A DNA stretch of 64,000 bases from Alphaproteobacteria bacterium (GTDB taxonomy: Bacteria; Pseudomonadota; Alphaproteobacteria; UBA828), in contig CAXXMU010000006.1 in assembly GCA_963667785.2 (NCBI GenBank), forward strand, positions 384,001 to 448,000, given 5' to 3'. The notes beneath the pieces were generated by a model that saw only the letters and a list, made by a program, of their open reading frames with translations, was not told where the DNA came from and searched no databases. The position numbers and the translations under genes were made by a program. Shown here piece after piece: positions 61,112-64,000 of this stretch; the first letter of the stretch is position 1; the number at the start of each line of letters is the position of its first letter.

Positions 61112-62884
61112 TTAACGGTCCTCGTCGTCCGCCTCCGCCCCGGCGGAGAGGCCGCCGGCGATCTTGCGCCGGACCTGCTCGGCGAGCTCGTCCTCCGGCT
61201 CGAGCGTGAGCACGCGCCGCCACTGGAAGCGAGCCTCGTTCAGCCGGCCGACCTGCCAGTACGCATCGCCCAGATGATCGTTGATGATCGGATCGCCCGC
61301 CTGCAGCTCGACCGCGCGTTCGAGCTGGACGACCGCCTCCTCGAAGTTGCCCAGCCTGTACGCCGCCCAGCCCAGGCTGTCGACGATATAGCCGTCGTCC
61401 GGCCTGAGCGCGACGGCCTTCTCGATCATGATCCTGGCTTCGTCGAGATTGTGCCGCTGCTCGACCCAGGAGTAGCCGAGATAGTTGAGAACCAGCGGCT
61501 GATCCGGCTCCAGCTCGAGCGCATGCAGGAAGTCGGCCTCGGCCTGGGACCACGCGCCTATGCGTTCGAACGCGATCCCGCGCACGTAGAAGAGCCGCCA
61601 GTGGCGGGGTTCGATCGACCCCAGCCGCTCGATCGCGGTGTCGTAGGCGGTGGCGGCCTCCTCGAAGCGATCGCTCATCCTGAACGCGTCGCCGAGCGCG
61701 GTAGCGGCATCGGAGCGCTCGGGCCGCTCGTCCATCATGGCGCCGAGCGCCGCGACCGCCTCGTCCGCCCGCTCGAGATCGACGAGTGCCGAGGCGGCGC
61801 GAAGCCGCGCCGCCCAGTCCAAGTCCGATCCGGCAGGGATGGAGCGGTAGGCAGCGACGGCGGCCTCGAGCCGGTTCGCCTCGTCCAGGATTTCGCCGAT
61901 CAGGAAGCGGGCCGTGTGCAGGTCGTCGCGCAGGAAGAGGGCGAGGCGGGCATAGATGAGACCGCCATCGCCGTTTTCCCGGTAGGGCAGGGCGGCGGCG
62001 GTGCCGAGCAGGGCTTCCGCGAGGCCCTCGCGAGCGTCGGAGACGAGCGGCGGCGACGACCCCGCTCCGGCCACGGCGAGGGCACGCTCGACCCAGACGC
62101 TTCCGGGATTCTGCGCGCGGTAGTCCTCGTAGACCGCCCGCGCCTCGTCCATCCGCCCGGTGCGCGCGAGCAGGCCGCCGAGCGCCGCCACCGGCCGGTG
62201 CGCACTCCCGCTGAGCGCGACGGCCTCGCGCAGGAGGGCCTCGGCCTCCTCCTGCCGCCCGGCCAGATCGTGCATCAGGCCCGCGTGAAACAGGTAGTAG
62301 GAGCGGTAGCCGTCGCGCTCTGCGAGCGGCGCGAGCGACGCCAACGCCGCCGCATCGGAGCCGGCGCCGGTGTGCAGCCACCCCTTGGCGAGCGGCACCA
62401 GGAGGCTGTAGATGCCGTCCTGCCTGATCTCGCCGACTAGGCGCAGCGCCGCGTCGAAATCGTCGTCCCTCGCGTCCTGCAACGCCAGCACGAAGGGAGC
62501 CAGGCGGGCGCTGCGGTCCATCCCGACCAGGCGCCGGGCGAGCCTGGCCGCGTCCTCGATCCGGCCGTCGGCGATCAGAAGCGTGACCGTGCGGCGCAGC
62601 AGGGAGGGGTTGTCCGGATCTTCGCCCAGGGTGCGCTGCATGTGCGCCGCCGCCGCCGCGTAGTCGCCGCGCGAAAGCGCAAAGCGCCCGACGAGATAGC
62701 TGCCCAGCGCCGAGCCCTCCGGCCGCTCGGCTGCGGGTGCGGGCTCCGGCGGCGTGGGGGGGAGGGGCGTGTCCGCCGCGGCCGGCCCGAAGGCGCCGAT
62801 CCCGCAGACGAGCACGGCGATCAGGACGAAACGTGACCGGGCAGGGAGTCCGGGCCGGCGCGGGCGGCCGATGCTGCACCCCAA
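61112..62884 (-). CDS. Exported tetratricopeptide repeat protein
   Basis: Signal-like N-terminus, TPRs, LNYLGYSW, DSLGW, DHLGDAYW; conserved position between ETF-QO and ispE; TTG start inferred. Confidence 0.88.
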   Translation of the reverse strand: MGCSIGRPRRPGLPARSRFVLIAVLVCGIGAFGPAAADTPLPPTPPEPAPAAERPEGSALGSYLVGRFALSRGDYAAAAAHMQRTLGEDPDNPSLLRRTVTLLIADGRIEDAARLARRLVGMDRSARLAPFVLALQDARDDDFDAALRLVGEIRQDGIYSLLVPLAKGWLHTGAGSDAAALASLAPLAERDGYRSYYLFHAGLMHDLAGRQEEAEALLREAVALSGSAHRPVAALGGLLARTGRMDEARAVYEDYRAQNPGSVWVERALAVAGAGSSPPLVSDAREGLAEALLGTAAALPYRENGDGGLIYARLALFLRDDLHTARFLIGEILDEANRLEAAVAAYRSIPAGSDLDWAARLRAASALVDLERADEAVAALGAMMDERPERSDAATALGDAFRMSDRFEEAATAYDTAIERLGSIEPRHWRLFYVRGIAFERIGAWSQAEADFLHALELEPDQPLVLNYLGYSWVEQRHNLDEARIMIEKAVALRPDDGYIVDSLGWAAYRLGNFEEAVVQLERAVELQAGDPIINDHLGDAYWQVGRLNEARFQWRRVLTLEPEDELAEQVRRKIAGGLSAGAEADDEDR

Positions 62885-62900
62885 TGTCCGCTCTCGGGTG

Positions 62901-64000
62901 CTACATGTTGACATAGTTGGGGCCGCCGCCCCCTTCGGGCACCACCCATTCGATGTTCTGCGTGGGATCCTTGATGTCGCAGGTCTTGCAGTGGACGCAG
63001 TTCTGCGCGTTGATCTGCAGGCGCGCGCCGGCCTCGTCATCCACGATCTCGTAGACGCCGGCCGGACAGTAGCGCTGCTCCGGCGCGTCGTAGAGCGCGA
63101 GGTTCACCCGTATCGGCACGCCGTCGTCCTTGAGCTGCAGGTGAGCGGGCTGGTCCTCCTCGTGGTTGGTGTTCGAGAGGTAGACCGAGCTCGGCTTGTC
63201 GAAGGAGACGACGCCGTCCGGCTTGGGGTAGGCGATCCGGCGCGCCTTGGCCGCCTTCTTCAGACTCTCGTGGTCGTGCCTGTGGCGAAGCGTCCAGGGC
63301 AGCACCCCGCCCGACCAGAGCTCGATGAAGCTGATCGCGGTGCCGATGCAGACGCCCCAGCGGAACGCCGGCCGGCAGTTCCTGACCTGCCTGAGCTCCT
63401 TGATCACCCAGGAACGCTTCAGCGCCGCCGGGTAGGCGTCGAGCGGCGCGGTGCCGTCGTCGGCCTCGCCGAGCGCGGCGAACGCCGACTCCGCCGCCAG
63501 CGCGCCGCTCTTCATCGCGTTGTGGCTGCCCTTGATCTTGGGCACGTTGAGGAAGCCGGCGGCGCAGCCCACCAGCGCCCCGCCGGGAAAGACGGTCTCG
63601 GGAATGGACTGGTAGCCGCCCTCGTTGATCGCCCGCGCACCGTAGCCCAGCCGCGTGCCTCCCTCCAGCACCGGGCGGATCAGCGGATGGGTCTTGAAGC
63701 GCTGGAACTCGTCGAAGGGCGAGAGATGCGGGTTCTCGTAGTCGAGCGCGACCACGAAGCCGATGGAGACCAGGTTCTCGCCGAAGTGGTAGAGGAAGGA
63801 GCCGCCATAGGTGCGAATGTCCAGCGGCCAGCCGAAGCTGTGCTGGATCAGGCCGGGCCGGTGCTTGCCGGGCTCGATCTCCCAGACTTCCTTCAGCCCG
63901 ATGCCGTAGGTCTGCGGCCCTGAGCGCGCGCGCAGGTCGAAGCGCTCCGTGAGCTGCTTGGTCAGCGAGCCGCGCGCCCCTTCGGCAAAGAGCGTGTACT
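62901..64000 (-). CDS. ETF-ubiquinone oxidoreductase (5' end beyond the window)
   Basis: [49 protein letters not shown]. Confidence 0.96.
   Translation of the reverse strand, partial: YTLFAEGARGSLTKQLTERFDLRARSGPQTYGIGLKEVWEIEPGKHRPGLIQHSFGWPLDIRTYGGSFLYHFGENLVSIGFVVALDYENPHLSPFDEFQRFKTHPLIRPVLEGGTRLGYGARAINEGGYQSIPETVFPGGALVGCAAGFLNVPKIKGSHNAMKSGALAAESAFAALGEADDGTAPLDAYPAALKRSWVIKELRQVRNCRPAFRWGVCIGTAISFIELWSGGVLPWTLRHRHDHESLKKAAKARRIAYPKPDGVVSFDKPSSVYLSNTNHEEDQPAHLQLKDDGVPIRVNLALYDAPEQRYCPAGVYEIVDDEAGARLQINAQNCVHCKTCDIKDPTQNIEWVVPEGGGGPNYVNM

Overview
High-GC alphaproteobacterial chromosome segment, Rhodospirillales-like by gene order. Housekeeping content: the full dcw cluster on the minus strand (mraZ-rsmH-ftsL-ftsI-murE-murF-mraY-murD-ftsW-murG-murC-murB-ddl-ftsQ-ftsA-ftsZ-lpxC), preceded by djlA, EamA, an amidase and RNase P RNA (rnpB); also a divergent EF-G paralogue with mlaA/mlaC, trkH/folE/apaG, uvrB, and ETF-QO/TPR/ispE. 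Accessory content: (i) a low-GC AAA+ ATPase/DUF4143 gene directly downstream of lpxC; (ii) a small Zn-ribbon gene, Fe-S oxidoreductase and DUF3501 without the usual rubrerythrin; (iii) a 13-kb catabolic locus of GntR, Xaa-Pro peptidase, CUT2-type ABC transporter, hydantoinase/oxoprolinase A+B and translationally coupled putA; (iv) a cytoplasmic PAS-PAS kinase with three receiver domains and no output domain. Locus (iii) is the best candidate for an undescribed system: its enzyme logic suggests uptake and breakdown of proline-containing cyclic dipeptides (diketopiperazines) or a related Pro lactam. The rnpB-mraZ spacer carries MraZ repeats, a perfect alphaproteobacterial LexA box and NrdR-like boxes. 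No CRISPR array, tRNA, rRNA or transposase was seen. All calls are from motif recognition by eye; no searches were run.
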